A stretch of DNA of 45,771 nucleotides from a virus (IMGVR_UViG_3300022917_000003:1-45771), one strand, 5' to 3'. Numbered from the stretch's first letter, positions 8,831 to 17,449 are shown. The notes: generated from the sequence alone by a model not told the origin. Numbers and translations are program-made.

Positions 8831-9081
8831 CTATCAGCTATTGCGCGATCACGCAAGCTCCTTTCATGCTCCGTAGGTCTACGCCTGTCTCTCACGTAGC
8901 CAGGATAGCTCCACACATCGCTACTTCCCACAGTGTCACACACGCTCACACTCCATTGGGCACGCACCGCGCGTTCTAGCGTGTCATACTCCACATCTGT
9001 GATGAGCCCACATCCCCACACATAATAGTTGTAGCGATGCCACAGCACCAAGTCTTCAGCATGACCTTGAGATAGAAACAT
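8812..9081 (-). CDS. Stand-alone NAD-dependent DNA ligase domain Ia-like protein
   Basis: HRYNYYVWGCGLITDVEYDTLE...DTVGS resembles the LigA N-terminal YY..ISDAEYD..VG pattern. Confidence 0.6.
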   Translation of the reverse strand: MFLSQGHAEDLVLWHRYNYYVWGCGLITDVEYDTLERAVRAQWSVSVCDTVGSSDVWSYPGYVRDRRRPTEHERSLRDRAIADRWMENL

Positions 9082-9333
9082 GGGATGTGTTTACCCCAAA
9101 TCTGTCTACCATGTCAAGCCCTTTGACAGGTTTTTACAGTACGCTGCCACGTGCCAAGACCAAAACCCACTTGCTGGCGGTATGGAACTTTTGAAATTTA
9201 GTAAAATTATTATCATCATAACATTCTTCCTTTTCTAACGAAACAGCTTTTGAAATTTGACATCTAGTCAGAGTAATGTATAAATCTGTCAAGCTACAGA
9301 GTAAAAACAGCTAAAAAAGAAGTACCTAGTGTA

Positions 9334-9580
9334 TAGGTCAACGGTGAGAAGTTTATAGGTCAATCACGTTATTGACTCAATAGTTCACAATGTGCATCTA
9401 GGTCAAGACATGGTAAGGTCAGCACGAATTCAATCTATCTTAGTAAAATTATTGACAGATTGACCTGAACAACTTTAATACCCTAATTGATGAACTATTG
9501 AGTCAATAACGTGATTGACCTATAAACTTCTGAACTTTGGCAACGTACTAGGCAGGCTTGACAGAATGTTTTTGACCTAG
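9334..9580. promoter_or_regulatory. Iteron/operator array (TAGGTCAA-like x4 rightward, TTGACCT x3 leftward); candidate origin and divergent control region
   Basis: Copies at 9334, 9356, 9399, 9415 and inverted copies at 9460, 9515, 9572, in an AT-rich non-coding gap between divergent arms. Confidence 0.6.
9347..9531. repeat. Perfect 41-bp inverted repeat with 103-bp spacer
   Basis: 9347-9387 AGAAGTTTATAGGTCAATCACGTTATTGACTCAATAGTTCA is the exact reverse complement of 9491-9531. Confidence 0.95.
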
Positions 9581-9586
9581 TACAAC
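9558..9586 (+). promoter_or_regulatory. Sigma70-like promoter, probably leaderless transcript
   Basis: TTGACA-N17-TACAAC, ATG 6 nt downstream. Confidence 0.55.
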
Positions 9587-9592
9587 ACCCCC

Positions 9593-10060
9593 ATGCCGCA
9601 CATAAAAAAGCTCACTCAATCCAACATTCTAAACGCCCTTGCCCGTGGAATGACGTACGCGGAGATTGCCACCCAATTCGAGGTATCCACCAATGCTCTG
9701 TACCTCCACATGCGGCGCATCCGCCAGAAAGGGATTGAGCCAACAGACATCAACGCAGTGCGACAGCACATCCTAGGACCAAATGCAAAGCACATTGAAA
9801 TCCCTACGTCACTGCCATCCCCAAAGCAGCTACAGCTTTTGCAACTGGTCAATGCTGGTCACACAATGGCAGAGATACAGGGCATCATGGGGGTTGGGGC
9901 GCAGACGACCAAGAACACAGCTTGTGAAGCATTCAAGCGAATTGGCATTGACCGCAAACGAATGGCGCGGAAAGCCTGGAGAGCCAAACTGCGTGGGTAT
10001 CTGACCAGTCCCGAGCCAATTTCTGGTGTTCCCACTATGGACGATCCCTTTTTCAACTAA
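9593..10060 (+). CDS. Tandem HTH DNA-binding protein (LuxR/sigma4-like)
   Basis: Two units: GMTYAEIATQFEVSTNAL and SPKQLQLLQLVNAGHTMAEIQGIMGVGAQTTK. Confidence 0.75.
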   Translation: MPHIKKLTQSNILNALARGMTYAEIATQFEVSTNALYLHMRRIRQKGIEPTDINAVRQHILGPNAKHIEIPTSLPSPKQLQLLQLVNAGHTMAEIQGIMGVGAQTTKNTACEAFKRIGIDRKRMARKAWRAKLRGYLTSPEPISGVPTMDDPFFN

Positions 10061-10130
10061 TTTTCTTCGCGCGTAAGTGCCACAAAATCAACGGTCTAAG
10101 CATGTGAGCAAAGAAAAGCGAAAAATTTCT

Positions 10131-10160
10131 CTTGTGCAATCACGCAAGACGGGTTATCTC
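10131..10160 (+). promoter_or_regulatory. CTTG-N10-CAAG operator/promoter copy 2
   Basis: CTTGTGCAATCACGCAAG; TTGTGC-N17-TATCTC. Confidence 0.7.
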
Positions 10161-10213
10161 TCATGAAGTCAGAGCGACCACCGCCGAGACGAAACCAAAA
10201 ACCAAGCGACCAA

Positions 10214-10444
10214 ATGAAAAACACCACCATCTGCAAAACTCCTCGCGTGTATCTCGGCCACATGATCTGCCGTGATGGCCTCGGAGTTCAAATCTTCCAC
10301 GAGGGCAGGCTCTTGCTCGGAGTTTCGCCCGCATCCTCTAACAAGGAGGTCCATCACATCATCGAGGAGCATTGCGAGGAAATGGACAAGGCGTCAAAGC
10401 TCCGCGTTCGGATGGAATCCGCCAAGCCCTCTTTCGCTGTGTAG
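10214..10444 (+). CDS. Hypothetical early protein
   Basis: ATG 10214 has an A/C-rich leader; the ATG at 10163 lies too close to the -10 box. Confidence 0.6.
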   Translation: MKNTTICKTPRVYLGHMICRDGLGVQIFHEGRLLLGVSPASSNKEVHHIIEEHCEEMDKASKLRVRMESAKPSFAV

Positions 10445-10445
10445 C

Positions 10446-10530
10446 TTGGTCGCTGGACACTCTGCTTCGGGACTGCAACCGGGGCAGTAGTCCGGCAATC
10501 ACGCTGGAGAACAAACAACGAAGCGACCAA
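10446..10530 (+). ncRNA. Candidate structured intergenic RNA
   Basis: TTGGTCGCT/AGCGACCAA closing stem, inner CTGCTTCGG/CCGGGGCAG stem and TCCGGC/GCTGGA hairpin. Confidence 0.45.
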
Positions 10531-10534
10531 AAAC

Positions 10535-10834
10535 ATGAGCAACACGACGACCAACGACAACGCGGCCCGCGAGACAGGGCATACACCGGGACCGTGGGAC
10601 ACTCGTAAAGGGTCATATGGTATTGAAATCCACGCATCAGGATATTGTATCGCGGAAATTGTCAGCGCTTTCCACGAATCTGTTGATGAAGCCAACGCCA
10701 AGTTGATTGCGGCGGCTCCTGACCTGCTGGCGGCGCTGATCTTTCTCGGCAATGACACCAACCATGCAATGACCGAAATGGCGCGAGCGAGGATGAATGA
10801 AGCCATCGCCAAAGCAACGGGCAAACTTTCGTAA
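10535..10834 (+). CDS. Conserved phage early protein (HTPGPW...ANAKLIAAAPDLL family)
   Basis: Carries this widespread phage motif pair. Confidence 0.8.
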   Translation: MSNTTTNDNAARETGHTPGPWDTRKGSYGIEIHASGYCIAEIVSAFHESVDEANAKLIAAAPDLLAALIFLGNDTNHAMTEMARARMNEAIAKATGKLS

Positions 10835-10837
10835 CCA

Positions 10838-11215
10838 ATGAAGCTCTCTTTCTTCCACAACAAACCCGCAACCAAACGACTCGGCATCATCCGCTATCGC
10901 AACGTCACCACGGTATACCTTGGGCCGTTGTTCATCCTTGTTCATCCTCATCGTCCGCTAACCCCACACAACATGACCACTATTGAACTGATCGACACCA
11001 CAGGCAACACAGAGAAAAGCGTCGCCATCATCGCCGTAGACGGCATCCGTATCGTCTCCGGCATCATGCAAATCACCATTAAGGAAAAAGGCGCGAGGGT
11101 TTACTTCCTGGGCACACTCGCGGAGCATGAGATTGAGTGCGAACGCAACAGCCACACCAAAGACACTATTGACCTTGACCCCACCGCCACTGACTTTGAC
11201 ATCGTAATTAGCTAA
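10838..11215 (+). CDS. Hypothetical protein (alternative start 10973)
   Basis: ORF in early operon. Confidence 0.55.
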   Translation: MKLSFFHNKPATKRLGIIRYRNVTTVYLGPLFILVHPHRPLTPHNMTTIELIDTTGNTEKSVAIIAVDGIRIVSGIMQITIKEKGARVYFLGTLAEHEIECERNSHTKDTIDLDPTATDFDIVIS

Positions 11216-11223
11216 TCAATGCC

Positions 11224-11580
11224 ATGAAACCTCAACTTACTGAAGCACAGAAAGAGCAGATTTACAGAGACAATAAGGAGCTAATTACCCCCTTGGTAGT
11301 AAACCGCCTTGGTGGCTATGTAAAAGCTGTCATTATGAAATACGATGGTGGCGGATGCGGTGGCTTGCGTGCCATCCCTTGGCATAATCAAGTATCATTT
11401 CGCTATGATATTAGGGAACTGCTCAAACACTTCAATTTTAATATCGCTGACGTACCGTCAATCCCACCAATCCCCCGGCTACCTTACATCCTACGTCAAA
11501 TGACTTATCCCCGCCGCAAACCCCGCTACCAAGCATCGTTCCTCCCCATCAAAGGCAAAGGCCGCTACTACAAACCCTAA
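11224..11580 (+). CDS. Hypothetical protein
   Basis: ORF closely packed in operon. Confidence 0.6.
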   Translation: MKPQLTEAQKEQIYRDNKELITPLVVNRLGGYVKAVIMKYDGGGCGGLRAIPWHNQVSFRYDIRELLKHFNFNIADVPSIPPIPRLPYILRQMTYPRRKPRYQASFLPIKGKGRYYKP

Positions 11581-11583
11581 TTT

Positions 11584-12315
11584 ATGATCATCGTCGACAT
11601 CGAAACAACCGGACTGGACCCCAAACGCCATTGCATGCTATCGCTTGGCGCGGTGGATTACAACACAGGACAGGAATTCTACGGGGAATGCTCTATCTAC
11701 CATGATAGCCTTGTGGACCTTACAGCTATGGACATCAACGGGATGAACATTAACCAGCATATGCCAATTGCCAGAGGGGATTTTACTCCTGGATTGAAAC
11801 AGAAGCGGTTTGCACATGAGCTTTATTGGCAATTTGTCCAATGGGCCACACACCACGCAACAGAAAGTGAGCTGTTAGTTAATGGCATGATCCTCGCCGG
11901 TCACAACATCGGTCATTTTGACATCCTCTTTCTAGAGCACTACGCAAAGAGCTTCAACAGTCCATTCCCATTCTCCTACAGAACGGTTGACCTGCACTCA
12001 CTGGCTTACTTTGTGTTTGGCAAGTCAATGAAGCACTCCGAGATATGCACCGCACTCGGATTACCTCAGGAGCCAAAACCTCACCACGCCCTAGAAGGCG
12101 CACGGAGCGAATACCAAGCGTTCAAGAAGCTATTTGCCGTGCAAGCTGACTTGGTTAAATCAGTAAGCACATTGCAAGATACAATCACGCGGAATAACTC
12201 ACTCATGATGGAAGGGGCTAACGTATTGGAGGAGCGCCGCGCCCGAATTGAATCTTTGGAAAGCATTCTTGAAGACCTAAGACAGGAGGCTATGGATAGA
12301 AACCTTCTTGACTAA
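11584..12315 (+). CDS. DEDD-family 3'-5' exonuclease with C-terminal coiled coil
   Basis: IVDIETTGLD, GHNIGHFD, HHALEGA motifs. Confidence 0.85.
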   Translation: MIIVDIETTGLDPKRHCMLSLGAVDYNTGQEFYGECSIYHDSLVDLTAMDINGMNINQHMPIARGDFTPGLKQKRFAHELYWQFVQWATHHATESELLVNGMILAGHNIGHFDILFLEHYAKSFNSPFPFSYRTVDLHSLAYFVFGKSMKHSEICTALGLPQEPKPHHALEGARSEYQAFKKLFAVQADLVKSVSTLQDTITRNNSLMMEGANVLEERRARIESLESILEDLRQEAMDRNLLD

Positions 12316-12336
12316 GTAAGCAAGAAGCCTCATGAT
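12307..12336 (+). promoter_or_regulatory. Promoter with CTTG-N10-CAAG element upstream of XRE gene (copy 3)
   Basis: CTTGACTAAGTAAGCAAG; TTGACT-N17-CATGAT; ATG 6 nt later. Confidence 0.65.
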
Positions 12337-12342
12337 GCACCG

Positions 12343-12588
12343 ATGAAATCCACTGCCGCTCCACCCAAAACCCTCAATAAGCAAGTTGGTGCCAACGTGC
12401 GCCAAGCCAGGGAGGCAGCGGGTAAAACCCAGCTTGCCCTTGCTCACGAAATCGGGTGGGCAGGAGATGACGCCGGTGCACAAATCTCGCTCTATGAGAG
12501 CGGCCAAAAAGAACCCCGCATATCCACCCTCACCCGCATTGCAGCCGCGTTGGGTGTATCAATCGACGTGCTGCTAAAGACAAAATGA
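12343..12588 (+). CDS. XRE/Cro-CI family HTH regulator
   Basis: VRQAREAAGKTQLALA...ISLYESGQKEPRISTLTRIAAALGVS. Confidence 0.9.
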   Translation: MKSTAAPPKTLNKQVGANVRQAREAAGKTQLALAHEIGWAGDDAGAQISLYESGQKEPRISTLTRIAAALGVSIDVLLKTK

Positions 12589-12860
12589 ATACAAAGCCAG
12601 AGACTAAAATTGAGCTTACACGCGTTGTTGTAGGACAGGACGAAATTGCTATCCCAATTGCATTCCTGTTACGAGTTACAGATGAATTCAAAGCCGCCTA
12701 TTCAGGCAGGATGCTCGAAGGGCAGCAGTTCAAAGCTAAATACGTGCACAATACCAGTACATATGGGCGCCCCGCGCCCGATTGGGTAGAGCTTACACTC
12801 ATTGCAAATTACACCGCAGACGGGTGGGTTATAACGTACAAAGGCAAAATAGCTTTTTAG
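12585..12860 (+). CDS. Hypothetical protein
   Basis: ATGA overlap with the XRE gene. Confidence 0.65.
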   Translation: MNTKPETKIELTRVVVGQDEIAIPIAFLLRVTDEFKAAYSGRMLEGQQFKAKYVHNTSTYGRPAPDWVELTLIANYTADGWVITYKGKIAF

Positions 12861-12862
12861 CC

Positions 12863-13315
12863 ATGCCCTCCCTCACTGAACTAAAGCGCCAGGGATACCG
12901 CTTACAGCGCGTTGCGTCTCATGGGGCCACGATAACCCTTGTCGCGGGCTACGGCTATTACAGCGCGCTTTTCGAGTGTGCCAACTACATTGCCGGCGTT
13001 CTCGGCACCCGCGATCTACAGGACATCGGCGATGGACTGCTAGAGGTTATTCCCCATTATCGCATCCCCACCGAAGACCTGTTTGAAGCTCTCACCAAGC
13101 TCTCAAAGAAGTTTTCGATTGCCCTTGTCGAGTACAACTGCGCGGGCAAGAATGGTGGTCAGTTCATCGGTATCTGGCGCATTAACCGCGTTGGTTGCAC
13201 CTCAGAATTGCCAATTGAAAACATAACTCTAGAAGCGCCATTAGAGCAATTCTCAATTGTTGATATGACCCCGGTTAGTTCTCCGCCCCTTACCAATTAT
13301 TTAGATGAATATTGA
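12863..13315 (+). CDS. MutS domain I-like protein with C-terminal TNYLDEY
   Basis: ITLVAGYGYYSALFECANYIAGVLG...IPHYRIP...LTKLSKKFSIALVE aligns by eye with the MutS-I pattern LLFRVGDFYELFFEDA..ASKILG...IPMAGVP...YKVAICE. Confidence 0.55.
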   Translation: MPSLTELKRQGYRLQRVASHGATITLVAGYGYYSALFECANYIAGVLGTRDLQDIGDGLLEVIPHYRIPTEDLFEALTKLSKKFSIALVEYNCAGKNGGQFIGIWRINRVGCTSELPIENITLEAPLEQFSIVDMTPVSSPPLTNYLDEY

Positions 13316-13490
13316 CCCCATAGAAAAAGCCAAAAAGGATATTTGGAATGGTTCATCCCCCATAGCCCAGTGGCTAATCCACAATCTTGGGATGGCACGG
13401 GTAGCTTTTGATGAAGCGGGAATAAAACTACTATCCCCAGAAGAGTTTAAGAAAGAGCTAATCCACCGCCTAACCGTTGTCATCAAGTAG
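13305..13490 (+). CDS. Hypothetical protein
   Basis: Overlaps upstream stop and primase start. Confidence 0.55.
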   Translation: MNIDPIEKAKKDIWNGSSPIAQWLIHNLGMARVAFDEAGIKLLSPEEFKKELIHRLTVVIK

Positions 13491-16108
13491 TGTCCACACG
13501 CTACTTCCAAGGTTCATCCGTCACCGGACCAGTTAAAGCTAGTGCCGCGCGAACCTTTCGCGAGGTAATAGACACTCTCCGTATGCCTTCAACTCTGGGG
13601 ATGACCCGTGCGGCCTTTCTGGCGCTTGACGAGAAAAAACGTAATGAAGCCAAACAAGTTCCATTCTTTGTTGCGGCTGTATTCAAACAGTCACCTAGCG
13701 AACGGGTGTATAGTGAAGCTCTCCATTGCAATCTCATCTTTCTGGATATTGACCCGGAGAAGCAGCAAATCAATGGTAAGTGGCAAGAGACCGGGCGCTA
13801 TCCCGCCGCCCCCTTTGTCAAAGACCCCGACAGCCTTTACACCGCGCTGGCTGGCTTCAACTTCGCGGCACACCTGACAGCCTCTAGCACGCCGGAGAAA
13901 CCCCGCATGCGCATCATTGTGGACGCGGAGAAAATCCCTTTGGCGGGCTACCCAAGGGCTGCAATGGCAATTGGTGCTTTGTTAGGGCTTCCCACGATCA
14001 CCAAGGAGAGCAAAGTCAGCGTACAGCCGATGTTTCTGCCTGTCATGTTCGCTGACAGCACAGAGGAAGAACACCCGCTCATTGCTTGGTGTCTGGATGG
14101 GCAGCCGTTCACTGTCAACGACATTGGGGAAGGGCTGTTCCCCGAATTTGACGTACCCAATACACGCTCAGTAGCGGGAGAAGCTGGATTAGATGCACTC
14201 GAATTTCTTCGCGCACCTGTACCTGAGATTTCTCTAGGAATTGCCAAAGAAGCTCTCTACGCGATTGACGCTGACGTGAGCCGTGCAGAATGGCTTAGCT
14301 TAGGTGCCGCTCTCAAACACCAGTTTGCCCCGGCAAAAGAGGATGAGGCATTCGAGCTTTGGGACGAGTGGAGCCAAACAGGGGCAAAGTATGGTGGGGA
14401 AAAGGAAATGCAAACTATTTGGAACAGCTTGCGGCCAACCCCCATCGGGCGAGTACCTGTCACCATTAGGAGCCTCTTGCGTGCCGCATCAGCAGCCGGG
14501 TGGGATGACAAAAAGGTAAAGGAGAATTGCTTTAATCAGATCGTCCAATGGATTGACCAATCGGAAAGTGTGTTTGCTTTAATGGATCACGGCATACAAA
14601 AGATAATGGGGACACCCCTGTTAACCGCTGTACAAGAGGATGTGCTGGTACACATGCTTTGTTCAACAGCGAAAAAGAGATTTGCTCACCCCATTTCCGC
14701 GACAGCAATCAGAAAGGACATGAAGCGGATAAGGGATGAAATAAAGAGCCAGGAAAAGCCAGGAGAGAAAACCCGTGAGCCTCTATGGGCCAAAGGAGTT
14801 TGTTACATCGGTGCAACTCAGCAATTTTACCGACATAGGACAGGCGAGAAGTTTACCACGGATTCGCTTAATGCCATGTTCGGGCGGCACCTGTTACCTT
14901 CTGAGGATTCGCTCAAATCCGCTGGCATACCTGTTACACCCGCCACGCTGAGCAAGCCGATTGTGCAACCGGCGGATTTTGCGTTGAACCATCTTAAGAT
15001 CGTCACCGTTTATGATTTGGACTATGACCCTAGCCAGCCGATGGAAATGTTTTTCATCCACAATGGCAAACGATACGTCAACACGTATTCCCCCACATAC
15101 CCGCAACTTGACCCCCAGCACGCGCAAGAGGCTGGTGAAGCTCTACAGCGTCACCTAGCAAACCTGATTGCCGAACCGGAGTACATCCGCACCCTTTTGG
15201 ACTTCATGGCTTACATGGTCCAATTCCCCGGCCGCAAAATACGTTGGGCACCATTCATCCAAGGAGCCGAAGGGGCGGGTAAAACTTATTTGGCAAATGT
15301 CATGCGAGCGGTACTAGGGAAAGGGCACGTAAGGACAATTGGGGATGAGACGATCAAGAAAGGCTGGACGGAATGGAGCTTTGGCAAACAACTGGTCGTG
15401 TTGGAGGAAGTCTATGCTAGTGGTGCCAGCCGTCACGCGGTCATGAACACACTGAAAAAGCTGATAACGAATGACGACATTCCAATTGAACAGCGCAATC
15501 GGGATTCGCGAGAAGTAGAGAACAAGACCAATTACCTCATGTTTTCCAATCATCACGACGCTCTTGCGCTCACCCCCAATGACCGGCGTTACTTCGTGGT
15601 CAAGTCTGCGCTGCAAACAAAAGGGCAGGTGATGGCATTGGGGGAGCAATATTTTCACAAGCTCTTTGGGTTGCTCGCGGCTTATCCTGGTGCGTTTCGG
15701 TCTTTCCTCATGGATTGGGAAATATCACCTGACTTCCGCGCCGATGGACACGCACCCCGTACCAAGTACGTCTCTGAGATGGTCAATGACTCAGCGGGGG
15801 ACGTGACAGCCGCCGTGCGGCGAATGCTCTTGGAGGGAGATTACCCGTTACTCCAATATGACATCGTATCAGCGAAAACCGTGCTAGATGCTCTCCACTT
15901 GGAGGAAGGACTTACTCGCGCAACTTCTCAGCAAGTGGCACAGATTTTGCGGGAGGAAGGTTTGCGGCAAATTGGACGGCACTTGTTAGGCGGTGTCCGA
16001 CAGTACATTTGGGCTCGCTCGGAGATAAGCGAAACTGCTGCTTTGGACACAGCCGCCGACCGTTTGCGGGATAATCGGGTGCATCTGTGCATGGAATTGC
16101 TGTGGTAA
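13490..16108 (+). CDS. Primase-helicase (AEP-like N-terminus, PriCT-2, SF3/DUF5906 helicase)
   Basis: FLDID and HLTASSTPEKPRMRI; EWLSLGAALK..LWDEWSQ (PriCT-2); Walker A GAEGAGKT, Walker B VVLEE, FSNH motif C. Confidence 0.9.
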   Translation: MSTRYFQGSSVTGPVKASAARTFREVIDTLRMPSTLGMTRAAFLALDEKKRNEAKQVPFFVAAVFKQSPSERVYSEALHCNLIFLDIDPEKQQINGKWQETGRYPAAPFVKDPDSLYTALAGFNFAAHLTASSTPEKPRMRIIVDAEKIPLAGYPRAAMAIGALLGLPTITKESKVSVQPMFLPVMFADSTEEEHPLIAWCLDGQPFTVNDIGEGLFPEFDVPNTRSVAGEAGLDALEFLRAPVPEISLGIAKEALYAIDADVSRAEWLSLGAALKHQFAPAKEDEAFELWDEWSQTGAKYGGEKEMQTIWNSLRPTPIGRVPVTIRSLLRAASAAGWDDKKVKENCFNQIVQWIDQSESVFALMDHGIQKIMGTPLLTAVQEDVLVHMLCSTAKKRFAHPISATAIRKDMKRIRDEIKSQEKPGEKTREPLWAKGVCYIGATQQFYRHRTGEKFTTDSLNAMFGRHLLPSEDSLKSAGIPVTPATLSKPIVQPADFALNHLKIVTVYDLDYDPSQPMEMFFIHNGKRYVNTYSPTYPQLDPQHAQEAGEALQRHLANLIAEPEYIRTLLDFMAYMVQFPGRKIRWAPFIQGAEGAGKTYLANVMRAVLGKGHVRTIGDETIKKGWTEWSFGKQLVVLEEVYASGASRHAVMNTLKKLITNDDIPIEQRNRDSREVENKTNYLMFSNHHDALALTPNDRRYFVVKSALQTKGQVMALGEQYFHKLFGLLAAYPGAFRSFLMDWEISPDFRADGHAPRTKYVSEMVNDSAGDVTAAVRRMLLEGDYPLLQYDIVSAKTVLDALHLEEGLTRATSQQVAQILREEGLRQIGRHLLGGVRQYIWARSEISETAALDTAADRLRDNRVHLCMELLW

Positions 16109-16161
16109 CTCATTGAAAATGAGCACTTTGGGCACGGAGCCAAATTATTTTGTAAAAAGCT

Positions 16162-16191
16162 CTTGCGTATTCACACAAGAGGGTGCATCTT
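16162..16191 (+). promoter_or_regulatory. CTTG-N10-CAAG operator/promoter copy 4
   Basis: CTTGCGTATTCACACAAG; TTGCGT-N17-CATCTT; ATG at 16201. Confidence 0.7.
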
Positions 16192-16200
16192 GATCGCCTC

Positions 16201-16365
16201 ATGAAAACAAAATGTATCTGGCGTGTTTATGTCTGCTCGGACTGCGGGAAATCCCGCAACCCATACAACAAGATGTGCAATTTTTGCCACAGTTTCGAAC
16301 TGCCGACTTTATACCCGCCAATCTCACAAAAGATTCTTCTTGCACAATCACACAACTTACTCTAA
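16201..16365 (+). CDS. Small Zn-ribbon protein (CSDC...CNFC)
   Basis: Directly after the conserved promoter; two CxxC. Confidence 0.55.
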   Translation: MKTKCIWRVYVCSDCGKSRNPYNKMCNFCHSFELPTLYPPISQKILLAQSHNLL

Positions 16366-16368
16366 AAA
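16339..16368 (+). promoter_or_regulatory. CTTG-N10-CAA(C) operator/promoter copy 5
   Basis: CTTGCACAATCACACAAC upstream of ATG 16380. Confidence 0.5.
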
Positions 16369-16379
16369 CACCACACCTC

Positions 16380-16919
16380 ATGAACCCAACTCCTCCATGC
16401 CCCCGATGCTCTGTTTGCGGGGGGAATCACTTAACGATCAACTGTGCAGGGATACTACGGGTGCCACTCATTCCGCACCCAGATAATCTTCCCGAACCTA
16501 CGCGCCAAGCTGTCCATTGCTCCATTTGTGGCGGGGATCATTTTGCAATCAACTGCAATCGGATAAACGTCCAGTCTTCTGTCCGAAACCAAAAGCTCCA
16601 TGCCTCTTTCCGCCGTCTCGCGGAAGCATGGGTATACGCAACAAACACTTTCGCCGACTTCACCGCGAGTGTACTTGACCGGCTCACTGTTGAGCATACC
16701 GCATTCAGCAGCTTCTCTATTCTGGTCAACGCCGAAGGCGGTTATTTCCCGTCTATTCCGTATGCTCCTGAGCATTACAATCCTGGCGGCATTGTGACCC
16801 TTACCAGCAGGAGAAAGGTCACACTGGAAATCTATTATGCGGAATTAGACTTGCTCGCCACCGCTTACAATCTGGCACAGGAAGCCCGCAACGACCCCCG
16901 CCGCGCTTACAGGTCATGA
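16380..16919 (+). CDS. Protein with two CCHC zinc-knuckle-like motifs
   Basis: CSVCGGNHLTINC and CSICGGDHFAINC; likely start ATG 16380. Confidence 0.65.
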   Translation: MNPTPPCPRCSVCGGNHLTINCAGILRVPLIPHPDNLPEPTRQAVHCSICGGDHFAINCNRINVQSSVRNQKLHASFRRLAEAWVYATNTFADFTASVLDRLTVEHTAFSSFSILVNAEGGYFPSIPYAPEHYNPGGIVTLTSRRKVTLEIYYAELDLLATAYNLAQEARNDPRRAYRS

Positions 16920-17074
16920 AAATACGTATCATTTCGGTTAAAGAGCAAGGAAGAAAGGTTGTGTTATCTCTTGCTTGCCGCCATGCTCTCACCAAGGAAC
17001 TAAACTGGTGGCAACGTAGACACGGATTCCGACACGATTACGCACACTGCCCTCAATGCGGAGGTTTCAAATGA
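16916..17074 (+). CDS. Small Zn-binding protein (52 aa)
   Basis: Read by hand: MKIRIIS...LACRH...HCPQC; ATGA overlaps at both ends. Confidence 0.55.
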   Translation: MKIRIISVKEQGRKVVLSLACRHALTKELNWWQRRHGFRHDYAHCPQCGGFK

Positions 17075-17217
17075 AGTTCCTCATCAATTCCCTGGCGTCC
17101 TTTATTGTCGACTGGCTTTCCAGCCTCACCCACAAACCCAATAAGCGCCAACGCATCCAAGGGCTTTCCTTTTCACTCCGTCACTTCAACTCACCCAAAA
17201 TCTACCTACCCAAATAA
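17071..17217 (+). CDS. Small hypothetical protein (48 aa)
   Basis: Read by hand; ATGA-coupled. Confidence 0.45.
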   Translation: MKFLINSLASFIVDWLSSLTHKPNKRQRIQGLSFSLRHFNSPKIYLPK

Positions 17218-17219
17218 AC

Positions 17220-17411
17220 ATGAGCCCCAACATTGCCAATAACTGCTACCGTCTCCCGCGTTACCGTCAGGTGAAGCAAGAGCTTTCCGCGCAGGAAAAG
17301 AAAACCAACCCACAAGATTACCGAATGGTAACTGTGGAAATACCTCCGAAACCTCGCCGGTTGCGTGGCCGAATGGGGCGCAAACGTAAGCATTTTCACA
17401 CGTTCGCTTAG
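17220..17411 (+). CDS. Small basic hypothetical protein
   Basis: ORF in operon. Confidence 0.5.
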   Translation: MSPNIANNCYRLPRYRQVKQELSAQEKKTNPQDYRMVTVEIPPKPRRLRGRMGRKRKHFHTFA

Positions 17412-17449
17412 CACTCCATTTTCAGAAAACAACCAACAAACCAAATACC

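Noticed and set aside
9347-9531. Protelomerase target or CRISPR array
   Set aside because: The arms are separated by 103 bp rather than forming a continuous palindrome, no protelomerase was seen, and there is no repeat-spacer periodicity
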